This document shows positions 9,728 to 19,110 of a stretch of 64,000 bases of DNA, in pieces; positions within the stretch are counted from its first letter, which is position 1, and each line of letters begins with the position of its first letter. The DNA lies in assembly GCA_965198225.1 (NCBI GenBank), contig CBDAOY010000008.1:512001-576000 (forward strand), read 5' to 3'. Source of the DNA: Terriglobia bacterium (GTDB lineage Bacteria; Acidobacteriota; Terriglobia; 20CM-2-55-15). The notes under the pieces were generated by a model. That model was given only the letters and a program-made list of their open reading frames with translations, ran no database searches and was not told where the DNA came from. Both the position numbers and the translations under genes were made by a program.

Positions 9728-11449
9728 ATGTCTAGGCTCGGCGAAGTTCTTATCAGCGAGAGCCTTATCTCGCAGGAGCAGCTCGCCGAGGCCCTGGTGG
9801 AACAGCGGGTCAACGGGGGGCGTCTGGGAAGCTGTCTGGTCCGACTCGGCCACATGTCCGAGGACGCGATCACTGCCGTGCTCTCCAAGCAGTACGGCGT
9901 CCCCTGTATCAACCTTTCTTATTTTGAAGTGGACCCGGAGGTCGCCGGCCTGCTGTCGCCGGAAGTGACCCGGAAATACCAGGTGCTGCCGTTGAGTCTC
10001 CTGGGTTCGACTCTGACCATCGCCATGGTGGACCCCACGAATGTGATCGCTCTGGATGAGCTTAAGTTCATGACAGGGTTGAATGTACAGCCGCTTGTGG
10101 CTTCCGAATCCCAGCTCAACGACGCAATCAAGAAACACTTCGGCTCGACTTACGACACCCGGATGAAAAGGGCTTTCGAGGATCTGACCGAGCCGTCCGA
10201 CGACGCCGGCAAAGTCGAAGTGATCGAGCAGGTGGATGAAGAAGTCGATCCGCTTTCGCTGGAAAGGGAGTCGGGTGAGGCTCCGGTCGTCCGGCTGGTT
10301 AATCTGATACTGCTGGACTCGGTCAAGCGCGGGGCCAGCGACATTCATCTCGAGCCGTACGAGAAGGAGTTGCGACTGCGCTTTCGTATCGACGGAGTGC
10401 TGCAGACCGCCATGAATCCTCCGCTGAAGCTTCGCAATGCCATCACCTCCCGTATCAAGATCATGGCAAACCTGGACATCTCGGAGAAGAGGCTACCGCA
10501 GGATGGGCGGATCCGCGTGCGTCTCCGCGTCGAAGGGCACCCCAAGGAGCTGGATTTCCGCGTGTCTACACTGCCGACGCTGTTCGGCGAAAAGGTCGTG
10601 ATGCGGTTGCTGGATCGCGACAACTTGATGTTCGACATGCGGCGGCTGGGCCTGGAACCAGAGTCCTTGAAAAGCTTCGAGAACGCGATAAAGAAGCCGT
10701 TCGGGATGGTCCTGGTGACCGGGCCGACCGGCAGCGGGAAGACCAACACCCTGTATTCGGCGATCACGCAGCTCAACCGGCCCGACCTGAACATCGTCAC
10801 GGCCGAGGATCCGATAGAGTTCAATCTTCCCGGGATCAATCAGGTCGGCATGAGAGACCAGATCGGCCTTAATTTCGCCGCAGCACTTCGTTCTTTCCTT
10901 CGGCAGGACCCCAACATTATCCTTGTGGGTGAGATTCGCGACGTCGAAACGGCGGAGATCGCCATCAAAGCGTCACTGACCGGGCATCTGGTGTTGAGTA
11001 CCCTGCACACCAACGATGCTCCGGGAACGGTGTCGCGCCTGATGAACATGGGAATCGAGCCATTTCTGTTGGCGACTTCGCTCCAGGCGATCTGCGCGCA
11101 GAGGCTGGTCCGCAGGATCTGTGTCGACTGCAGGGAAGAGGCGCCGATGTCGGGAAATCGGCTCGTCGAGCTTGGATTCTCTTCCGAGGAAGCCAGGGAA
11201 GTGCAACCGGTGCGTGGCGCCGGGTGTACGGCCTGCAACGGCACAGGCTATCGCGGTCGCATCGGTCTCTACGAGGTGATGGAGGTCGGTGAGAGCCTGA
11301 GGGATACGATCATCCTGGGCGCTTCCGCTGTCGAGCTGAAGAAGAAGGCCATCGATGGGGGTATGATTACGTTGCGACGGAGCGGTTTGATCAAGGTTCG
11401 AGATCAGCTGACGACGATCGAAGAGGTCCTGCGGGAGACGGTCGGGTAG
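9728..11449 (+). CDS. pilB: Type IV pilus assembly ATPase PilB
   Basis: MshEN-like N-terminus, ASDIHLEP, GPTGSGKT, RQDPNIILVGEIRD, CxxC...CxxC. Confidence 0.95.
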   Translation: MSRLGEVLISESLISQEQLAEALVEQRVNGGRLGSCLVRLGHMSEDAITAVLSKQYGVPCINLSYFEVDPEVAGLLSPEVTRKYQVLPLSLLGSTLTIAMVDPTNVIALDELKFMTGLNVQPLVASESQLNDAIKKHFGSTYDTRMKRAFEDLTEPSDDAGKVEVIEQVDEEVDPLSLERESGEAPVVRLVNLILLDSVKRGASDIHLEPYEKELRLRFRIDGVLQTAMNPPLKLRNAITSRIKIMANLDISEKRLPQDGRIRVRLRVEGHPKELDFRVSTLPTLFGEKVVMRLLDRDNLMFDMRRLGLEPESLKSFENAIKKPFGMVLVTGPTGSGKTNTLYSAITQLNRPDLNIVTAEDPIEFNLPGINQVGMRDQIGLNFAAALRSFLRQDPNIILVGEIRDVETAEIAIKASLTGHLVLSTLHTNDAPGTVSRLMNMGIEPFLLATSLQAICAQRLVRRICVDCREEAPMSGNRLVELGFSSEEAREVQPVRGAGCTACNGTGYRGRIGLYEVMEVGESLRDTIILGASAVELKKKAIDGGMITLRRSGLIKVRDQLTTIEEVLRETVG

Positions 11450-11498
11450 TTGTTCGGTAGTCGACTGGTTGTCAACGTTCTGAACAGAGGTTGGGAGC

Positions 11499-12707
11499 AT
11501 GCCAAACTATTCCTTTAAGGGTCGGAAACGTGGTGGAGAGGAAATCTCAGGAACGCGATCAGCGGACAGCACCCAAGCGCTGGCCATCGCCCTGAGGCAG
11601 GAAAACATCATGATGGTCGAGGCCAAAGAGAAGAAAGGCTTCAACCTCAGTGAAATCGAGTTCGGCGGAGCTCCCACTGCCAAAGACGTTTCGATTTTTA
11701 CGAAACAGTTTTCGTTCATGATCGATTCGGGTCTGCCCCTGGTGCAATGTCTCGAAATTCTTGGTTCTCAGCAGGAGAACAAGAAGTTCGCCGAAGCAAT
11801 CAAGACGGTTCAACGCGAAGTCGAGACCGGCAACACACTGGCGTCGGGCATGGAGAAAAGCCCGAAAATCTTCGATAGCTTGTTTACCAACATGGTGGCT
11901 GCGGGAGAAGCCGGTGGCATTCTCGACACGATCTTTCAACGCCTCGCGATCTACATCGAAAAGGCGGTGAAGCTGAGGGCCGCCATGAAATCGGCGATGG
12001 TCTATCCGGCGGCTATCATCTTCATCGCGAGCGCGGTCATCACGCTGATTCTGTGGAAGGTCGTCCCCGCCTTCACCGAGCTTTTCAACAGCATGGAAGT
12101 GGATCTGCCTTTGCCGACCCGGATCGTCATCGGGGCCAGCAGTTTCGTCGGCAGCTTCGGCTTGTTCATACTGATCGGGCTCGGGATTTTCGCCTACCTG
12201 TTCAAGTCTTACTACTCGACGCCTAGAGGGCGTTACAACGTCGACAAACTCATCCTCAAGTTACCGGTCTTCGGCGATCTGGTGCGCAAGATCTCCGTGG
12301 CCCGGTTCACGCGAACGATGGGGACCCTGATCGCGAGCGGCGTGCCAATCCTGGATTCTCTGGACATCACGGCAAAGACGTCCGGCAACGCCATCGTCGA
12401 GGAAGCCATCTATGGCGTCAAAGGGGCGATCGAGACCGGACGGACGATCGTCGAGCCCCTGAAGGAGTCCGGGGTCTTCCCGAGTATGGTGATCCAGATG
12501 ATCGGTGTCGGTGAAGAAACCGGTGCGCTCGAGTCGATGCTGAACAAGATCGCGGACTTCTACGAAGAGGAAGTCGACGTTGCGGTGGGCGACTTGATGA
12601 CCGCGATCGAGCCGATGATGATGGCAGTCCTCGGCGTGATTGTCGGTGGCATCGTCATCTCGATGTACATGCCGATCTTCAGCCTCGTCGGCCAGCTGAG
12701 CGGCTAG
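11499..12707 (+). CDS. pilC: Type IV pilus platform protein PilC (T2SSF family)
   Basis: Two T2SSF repeats (AGEAGGILD, VGEETGALE), ends MYMPIF. Confidence 0.93.
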   Translation: MPNYSFKGRKRGGEEISGTRSADSTQALAIALRQENIMMVEAKEKKGFNLSEIEFGGAPTAKDVSIFTKQFSFMIDSGLPLVQCLEILGSQQENKKFAEAIKTVQREVETGNTLASGMEKSPKIFDSLFTNMVAAGEAGGILDTIFQRLAIYIEKAVKLRAAMKSAMVYPAAIIFIASAVITLILWKVVPAFTELFNSMEVDLPLPTRIVIGASSFVGSFGLFILIGLGIFAYLFKSYYSTPRGRYNVDKLILKLPVFGDLVRKISVARFTRTMGTLIASGVPILDSLDITAKTSGNAIVEEAIYGVKGAIETGRTIVEPLKESGVFPSMVIQMIGVGEETGALESMLNKIADFYEEEVDVAVGDLMTAIEPMMMAVLGVIVGGIVISMYMPIFSLVGQLSG

Positions 12708-12726
12708 CTCCTCGATAGAAAGCCAG

Positions 12727-14340
12727 ATGCACGACTCCCGGATGGTCATGGACCGGAGAAAATGGCTTCTGCGCCTGATCTGGGTCCGCGTGGGCGTTTT
12801 CTCTGTCTTTGTGGCGGCCCAGCCATCCCTGGACATGGCGGTGCTCCTCGGCGCCGTCTATGCCCTGTCCCTCTGCTGGGTCGCTCTGCTGAAGCTGAAC
12901 CGGTCCTACGTCACACAGGCGTATGCCCAGATCGCGATCGACCTCCTGCTGATCACGTGGATGGTCAACCGCACGGGCGGTCTGGATAGCTATTTTTCCT
13001 CTCTGTACTTCCTCGAGATCGTGATGTCCAGCATCCTGCTGGAACGTCGCGGTGCCTTCTTGACGGCCATCGCGAGTTCTCTCCTGCACGGCATTCACCT
13101 GGACCTGGCTCATTACCAGGTCATTCCCTCAACTACGGTGAGTTTTCCCGAATTGATCGTGCTTCAGTACATCGTCGGCGTGACGATCTTCGGCTTTTGC
13201 GCGGTCGGGTTTCTCTCCAACGTGCTGGCAGAGAACCTCCGGATGTCCGCGGCGGCGCTGCAGGAATCCACGGGGAAGGTGGCTTTCCTGCAGGCTCTGA
13301 ACAGCAACATCATCGACAGCCTGGGCAGCGGGCTCGTGACCACCGACCTTGAAGGGAAGATATTCCTTTTCAACCCTGCGGCCTCCCGCATTTCCGGGCG
13401 CTCTTCGGCCGAGGCGGTTGGTTGCCCGATCGGTGAGGTGTTCCCCGGCCTTCCGCCTCCCACTACCCCGCGCGGCGTCGAATTGACGATTGCAGGTAAG
13501 GACGACCGACCCGTCTGCCTCCAGTTCTCGGTCACGCCCCTTGCCATGGACGGGGAGCGGTCCGGTTACGTCTGGTGCTTCGACGATGTCACCGATCTCC
13601 GGCAGATGGAGCGTCAACTGCGCCACAAGGAACGGATGGCGGCCATCGGAGTCATGTCCGCGGGCATCGCTCACGAAATCCGAAACCCGCTTGCGTCGAT
13701 CACGGGCTCGTTCAACCTCCTGCGGTCGGAGTTGGACCTGGGGACGGAGCAAAGCCAGCTGGTTGAGATCATCTCCAGGGAGACGGAGCGACTGAATCAG
13801 ACGATCAACGATTTTCTGCTCTATGCCCGTCCGGTCGTTCCAAGGCTCGAACAGGTTCGCCTGGACCAGATCATCGCCGACTCGATTCAGCTTATCCAGA
13901 ACAGCCCGGACCTTCGACCCGAGCACCAGATCGAAAGCGAACTCGATGCCCTGACTGCGGCCGTGGACGAAGCCATGATGCGGCAGGTGTTTTACAACCT
14001 CGCTTCGAACGCGTTCAAGGCCATGCCGGACGGCGGCACTCTCTGCATCGAGCTCAAGAAGCGGAAAGCCGGCGTGCAAATCCGCTTTGAGGACGCCGGG
14101 GTGGGGATGACCGACAGAGACATCGACCAACTGTTTCTGCCGTTCAATTCCTCATTCCGCAGCGGGACGGGTTTGGGGCTGTCGATCGTGTACCAGATTG
14201 TCAACGCGCACCGCGGCTCTATTTCAGTCAATTCCAAACCCGACCAGGGCACCGTCTTCGAGATCGAGCTCCCGGAATCGAGTCCCGCCGACGGGGACAG
14301 CGGTGCTTTCGAGAGGGCCGGTATCCGGGCGGCAGAGTGA
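12727..14340 (+). CDS. pilS: PilS-like sensor histidine kinase
   Basis: Multi-TM N-terminus with TGGLDSYFSSLY, PAS, AHEIRNPL, GTGLGL; between pilC and pilR. Confidence 0.85.
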   Translation: MHDSRMVMDRRKWLLRLIWVRVGVFSVFVAAQPSLDMAVLLGAVYALSLCWVALLKLNRSYVTQAYAQIAIDLLLITWMVNRTGGLDSYFSSLYFLEIVMSSILLERRGAFLTAIASSLLHGIHLDLAHYQVIPSTTVSFPELIVLQYIVGVTIFGFCAVGFLSNVLAENLRMSAAALQESTGKVAFLQALNSNIIDSLGSGLVTTDLEGKIFLFNPAASRISGRSSAEAVGCPIGEVFPGLPPPTTPRGVELTIAGKDDRPVCLQFSVTPLAMDGERSGYVWCFDDVTDLRQMERQLRHKERMAAIGVMSAGIAHEIRNPLASITGSFNLLRSELDLGTEQSQLVEIISRETERLNQTINDFLLYARPVVPRLEQVRLDQIIADSIQLIQNSPDLRPEHQIESELDALTAAVDEAMMRQVFYNLASNAFKAMPDGGTLCIELKKRKAGVQIRFEDAGVGMTDRDIDQLFLPFNSSFRSGTGLGLSIVYQIVNAHRGSISVNSKPDQGTVFEIELPESSPADGDSGAFERAGIRAAE

Positions 14341-14392
14341 GCCGCAATCCGGCTGACGCTCGACGGCGACATCGCCGGAGTCAAGGCGACAG

Positions 14393-15778
14393 ATGAATCA
14401 AAAAGCCAAAATTCTCATCATCGATGATGAGCTCTCGATTCGCGAAATGCTCCAGATCTTCCTCAAACGGGAGGGCTTCGAGGTGAAGGTCGCTCGCAGC
14501 GGGGAGGATGGACTCGAGTCGATCCGACGGGAAGACTTCGACGTCGTGATCTCCGACATCAAGATGCCGGACATGTCCGGCATCGATCTGCTTCAACGCG
14601 TCCGTTCCGAGAGCGCGTCCGGGCAGTTCATTCTTCTCACCGCCTACGCCACGGCGGAGACGGCAATCCAGGCGCTCAAGATGGGTGCTTTCGACTATGT
14701 GCTGAAGACGGACAACTTCATGGAGGAGTTGAGACACATCATCGATCGAGCTCTCGAGGAACAGCGTCTCAGGGAGGAGAACACCTACCTCAAGCGTGAA
14801 TTCAAGAAGCGACACGGGATGGGCAACCTCATCGGAAGCAGCGAGAAGATGCAGGAGCTGTTCCGCATGATCGAAACGGTGGGTGAAACCAACAGCACGA
14901 TCCTGATCACGGGAGAAAGCGGAACGGGTAAGGAGCTGGTGGCCAAGGCCATCCACCTGAACAGCCCCCGCGAGGCAGGCCCGTTCGTGTCCGTCAACTG
15001 CGGAGCGCTGACCGAGACACTGCTGGAATCCGAGCTGTTCGGCTACGTCAAGGGCGCATTTACCGGCGCCAACAGCGATCGGAAGGGCTTGTTCGAGGTT
15101 GCCGACTCCGGGACGATCTTTCTCGACGAGATCGGCGAGACGAGCGCGGCAACGCAGGTTAAGTTGTTACGAGTGTTGCAGGAGAGGACCATCCGCCGAG
15201 TCGGCGGAACCGAAGAGGTCCCGATCGACGTTCGGGTCATCGCCGCAACCAACCAGGACCTCGCCGCGATGGTTTCGGAAGGACGGTTCCGGGAGGATCT
15301 GTTCTATAGGATCAGCGTCATACCCCTGGAAATCCCACCCCTGCGCCAGCGTGCCGAGGACATACCGATATTGGTCGAGCACTTCCTGGAACGGCTGAAC
15401 GCATCCATGACAAAGAGGATCGACGGCATCTCCGACGAGGCGTTGAGGCAGTTGGAGACCCACGACTGGCCTGGCAACGTCCGGGAGTTGGAAAACGCCG
15501 TCGAGAGGGCATTCATCCTCGAGAGTTCCGGGCAGATATCCGAGGCCAACCTGTCGGCGACTCTGTCGGGCGGCCCGCGGGCGAAGGCGGTACCGGTGAT
15601 ACCCCCGGAAGGCCTGGACCTGGAGTCCTACGTGGAGGGCCTGCAGAAAGAATACTTCGAGGAAGCCCTCCGGAGGACCAATGGGGTGCAGGTCAAAGCG
15701 GCCGAGTTGCTTCGGATATCCTACCGCTCCTTCCGCCACTACATGCAGAAGTTCAACATCAAGCCCAATGGGCAGTGA
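14393..15778 (+). CDS. pilR: PilR-like sigma54-dependent response regulator
   Basis: REC, GESGTGKE, GAFTGA, HTH AAELLRISYRSFR; follows pilS. Confidence 0.88.
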   Translation: MNQKAKILIIDDELSIREMLQIFLKREGFEVKVARSGEDGLESIRREDFDVVISDIKMPDMSGIDLLQRVRSESASGQFILLTAYATAETAIQALKMGAFDYVLKTDNFMEELRHIIDRALEEQRLREENTYLKREFKKRHGMGNLIGSSEKMQELFRMIETVGETNSTILITGESGTGKELVAKAIHLNSPREAGPFVSVNCGALTETLLESELFGYVKGAFTGANSDRKGLFEVADSGTIFLDEIGETSAATQVKLLRVLQERTIRRVGGTEEVPIDVRVIAATNQDLAAMVSEGRFREDLFYRISVIPLEIPPLRQRAEDIPILVEHFLERLNASMTKRIDGISDEALRQLETHDWPGNVRELENAVERAFILESSGQISEANLSATLSGGPRAKAVPVIPPEGLDLESYVEGLQKEYFEEALRRTNGVQVKAAELLRISYRSFRHYMQKFNIKPNGQ

Positions 15779-16414
15779 TCCGAAGCAGTCCGTTGTCGGT
15801 GACGCTGCAGCGAATACCGATTCCGGGCCGGCCGCTGTTCGCTACGTGGCGACTGACCCTCTTCACAAACTCTTGTTCAGAAGGGCGGCTTCCTTCACCA
15901 GGCCTTCTAACTCCTGGTCTTGAATTTCCGAAATTGGGTGAAACGTGATGCCTTTGGTGCCTAGTCTTTTAGTCAATTCAATCCATTTTTTTCCAAACTC
16001 GGCACGCCAGCCTTGATCGAATATCCTCCTGATACAGTCTCTGCTCTCGCTACTGGAAAGGTAGCTCACACACCGAGCTTCGTCGTTGGTTCGAATAAAG
16101 AATTGATCGTCAAAATCGGGCACCCTTATTTTCGGTTCCTTCAGGTTTCCCAATCTTTGGGTGGTCCTCATGTCCTTCAAGAACAGTTCGAAACCTGGCA
16201 CCTTCAGGATCCTCACTCGGACGTTTGCGGGGTAACCCTGTCCCCCATGTTCATACAGGATCCGGAAAGGAACGTCCTCGTAGTGCCCCTCAACCCGGGG
16301 CGTTCCGAACCCGGACCGGGAAACGTCCGCGTTCAAAGCGATCGCAGTTGTGTGCGTCAAGTTCTGCAAAAAGTATTTCCGAAAAAGTCAGTTCTTGAGT
16401 GTTGATCGCCGTCG

Positions 16415-16525
16415 GGCCTGTGGGAATGTGGGAAAGCTGAACGTTCTTGGCGAAGCTTTTCCAAGCCTCAGAGGGAATCCGCGTCTTGTTGCGGATTTCC
16501 TCTGAGGCGTCATTTCCATCAGGCC
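16415..16525 (-). other. Multi-stem structured segment in the IS 3' region (candidate RNA/ssDNA structure)
   Basis: Outer stem ggcctg..ggaatg / catttcca..caggcc enclosing hairpins ggaaagct/agcttttcc and gcctcagagggaatccgc/gcggatttcctctgaggc. Confidence 0.55.
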
Positions 16526-16660
16526 TCTGCCTTTCTTTCTTTTTTGGTTCTCTTTCTTTCGCCCTTTGAAAGTTTTCCACAGAGATTCCTCGCTCCAGGA
16601 TGCGCTGTAATCGACGATCGGCTTCCGAGCCGATCCTTGGGTCGGTCCGTTTTGACGCGT

Positions 16661-17884
16661 TCACGCGGCAGGCGTCTGACGGTGCCAGTCCTTCTTGTGT
16701 TCCTTCAACAGATCCATGTTCAAATAACGGATCGCTTCGATCCAGTTCTCGTGCATCTCGGTGGTCAGTGCCCGAATCAAACGCAGACAGCTGGCCGCGT
16801 TGGGGAATATCCGCACCACACGCGTTCGCCGCTTGATCTCTTCGTTGAGCCGTTCCAGCATATTGGTGGATTTCATGTGCTTGTGATGCTGAAGCGGCAG
16901 CGTGTAGAAGCTCAGCGTCTCGTCGATGTTGTCTTCGACCCAGTCGCAGAGTTTGGGATATTTCTGCCCCCACTTGCTCAACCACGCCGCGAGGTCCTGC
17001 CGCGCTTCCTGGAGGTTCCGCCGATCGTAGAGCCAACGCAGTTCCTGGAGGCAATCGTCATCGCCTTTGCGCGGCAGATAATCCAATGCGTTTCGGAGAA
17101 AGTGCACGTAGCAGCGCTGCCAGATCGCTTCGGTCAGGACTTCCGCGATGGCTTTCTTCAACCCCGGATGATCGTCGGTCACCACGAACTCCACCCCGCA
17201 CAGGCCGCGTTGTTTTAAACTCAGCAGCAGTTGCCGCCAACTGGTCGTGCTTTCCCGTCCCGCCAGCTCCACCGCCAACACACCGCGCCGGCCGTCCCAG
17301 TTGATTCCGATCGCGACCAGCACCGCCCGGCTCCGGATGACCCCGTCTTCGCGCACCTTCTCGTAGCGCGCATCCAAAATTAGGTACGGGTATTCTTCCT
17401 CCAATCGTCGCGTTGCAAACTTTTTCAGCTCCTTGTCCAGAGTCTGATTAATCCGGCTGATCGTGCTGGCCGAAAACGAATGTCCGCATAGTTCTTCGGT
17501 GATGGCTTTCACCTTGCGCGTTGACACGCCCTGCACGTACATCTCGGCCAAGCTGGCCACCAAGGCTTTCTCGCTGCGTTGGTAGCGTTCAAACACCTCC
17601 GTACTGAACCGGCCGGCCCGGTCCTGCGGCACGCGCAACTCCAGCTTGCCCACCCGTGTGACCAGGTCGCCCACCCGTGTGACCAGGTCCCGTCCGTAAT
17701 AGCCACTCCGATATCCGGTGCGACCCCCTGTTCGTTCACTCTTGACCGCGCCCACGACCTGGTCCATCTCCGCCTCGAGAATCTCTTGAACCACCTCCTG
17801 TACGACGCTTTTCAGCAAATCCTTTTCCTCTCCTAACAGTTCTTTCCAATCCACTCCCTTTCGCTTAATCTGAGGTCGGGCCAT
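16661..17884 (-). CDS. IS256 (mutator-like DDE) transposase
   Basis: LRVPQDRAG, MYVQGVSTRKV, LDARYEKVR, WQRCYVHFLRN, STNMLERLNEEIKRR. Confidence 0.95.
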   Translation of the reverse strand: MARPQIKRKGVDWKELLGEEKDLLKSVVQEVVQEILEAEMDQVVGAVKSERTGGRTGYRSGYYGRDLVTRVGDLVTRVGKLELRVPQDRAGRFSTEVFERYQRSEKALVASLAEMYVQGVSTRKVKAITEELCGHSFSASTISRINQTLDKELKKFATRRLEEEYPYLILDARYEKVREDGVIRSRAVLVAIGINWDGRRGVLAVELAGRESTTSWRQLLLSLKQRGLCGVEFVVTDDHPGLKKAIAEVLTEAIWQRCYVHFLRNALDYLPRKGDDDCLQELRWLYDRRNLQEARQDLAAWLSKWGQKYPKLCDWVEDNIDETLSFYTLPLQHHKHMKSTNMLERLNEEIKRRTRVVRIFPNAASCLRLIRALTTEMHENWIEAIRYLNMDLLKEHKKDWHRQTPAA

Positions 17885-18261
17885 CGGTTCATCTCCTTCG
17901 TTTCAAAGTTGATTCGTTACCAACTTTTCGGAGATACCCTGGCCCTTTCCTATTTCAGGACCTTTTTGCAGAAACTCTGAAACATAACCGCGATCGCCGT
18001 CTTCTTGAATACTCTTCTGACGCCTTTGTTAATCGAAGACATGATAAGCGTCACAAGCAAAAGCCCGAGAAAGACAGAGACGACTAGTACAAGATTTTCA
18101 TTTGAGCCCATAACGTCTCCTTCCAACCGCCTGGGAATCCGAGCGCCTTTCACCGGGGCATTGCCTGAGTTACCGCGTGAAATCCATTCGATCCCGCTAT
18201 CACGCGCACCGCTATCCAGCCGAAATCATAAGTCATGCAGTAAAGAGCCTTGCACTATTCT

Positions 18262-18284
18262 CTCATTTAGATGACCTAAAGGAG
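18262..18284 (+). promoter_or_regulatory. Palindrome overlapping RBS, candidate PadR-type operator
   Basis: CTC-A-TTTAG-atgac-CTAAA-G-GAG directly upstream of a PadR-like N-terminus. Confidence 0.45.
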
Positions 18285-18288
18285 CGTG

Positions 18289-18606
18289 ATGGCCAAGACC
18301 GACATCCCCAAGGGAACCCTGGACTTACCAGTGACCTGTAACGTGCCATCGGTACCAGCGTTCGGCGGAACGGCGTCGGATGCTAGGAGTGACGCTCGAG
18401 CCAATGCTGTTTCATTGCGAGGGCGTTACGACACCGAAGACGGCGCCGTTGGGCCGAACCCATCGGTTCGCGGACGGTGATCGTCAACGAGGCGTTCGCG
18501 CGCCGCCTCACGAGTGGCTCGTCTCCCGTCGGCCGGCGGTTGCGACTTTTCGTCAGAGATCCGGAGTCGTGGTTCGAGATCGTCGGTATGGTGGGTGACC
18601 TCCGGC
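18289..18606 (+). pseudogene. Remnant of a PadR regulator + ADOP/MacB-like permease pair
   Basis: MAKTDIPKGTLDL resembles the start of acidobacterial PadR; VIVNEAFARR...PVGRRL...WFEIVGMVGDLR resembles the permease periplasmic segment; both truncated. Confidence 0.65.
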
Positions 18607-18702
18607 GGTGGTGCGGGTGTTCGCACATCGTACTGCTGGCCCATGGTGCGATCAGTTGTCTGGGCGTGACGTTCGAGCTGATCGCTGATAGACAGCAGTT
18701 AC

Positions 18703-19110
18703 TCAGACCGGAAAGCCCTCTTGGGCGTTGAACATGTCGGCGACAATCCGCCAGCGGCCGTCGGACTCACGGCGCGCGACCATCAGCGATTTGCCACGAT
18801 GTTCCTCGGGGTGTCCATCAGAGTCGGGCAGAGTATAAGAGAACTCGCCGATCACGTAGAGCAGATCTCGGGAGTGGCCGGACACTTTCGTCTCCAGTCT
18901 GAAGTCCGCGACGTCCGCCTCGATCAGTTCTCTGAGAGATTGTCGGACATTTTCACGCCCGGGGACAAGATCCTGCTCCGGTGGGAGCAGGATCGCGTCC
19001 TCGGCGTACCAGCCGTCGATCAGCGCGTCCGCGTCGCCGCCGTTGATGTGTCGGATGAACGCCTCGTCCATCGCCGCGACGTCGGCGGCGATCTCCGGGT
19101 CCGTCGTCAC
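18703..19110 (-). CDS. NTF2-like / DUF4440 (YybH-type) protein
   Basis: GDADAL..WYAEDAILLPP, GKSLMVARRESDGRWRIVADMFN. Confidence 0.8.
   Translation of the reverse strand: MTTDPEIAADVAAMDEAFIRHINGGDADALIDGWYAEDAILLPPEQDLVPGRENVRQSLRELIEADVADFRLETKVSGHSRDLLYVIGEFSYTLPDSDGHPEEHRGKSLMVARRESDGRWRIVADMFNAQEGFPV

Larger units (their letters stand above)
16346..17989 (-). mobile_element. IS256-family insertion sequence, 1644 bp
   Basis: 8-bp direct repeat GCGATCGC at 16338-16345 and 17990-17997; imperfect 28-bp terminal IRs sharing TTCTGCAAAAAG. Confidence 0.92.
15863..18111 (-). pseudogene. Membrane-anchored hypothetical gene (~198 aa) interrupted by IS256-family element
   Basis: 5' part MGSNENLVLVV...FKKTAIA (ATG 18111, RBS GGAAGGAG) joins in frame to LNADVSRSG... 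(ends 15863) when the IS and one GCGATCGC copy are removed. Confidence 0.85.
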
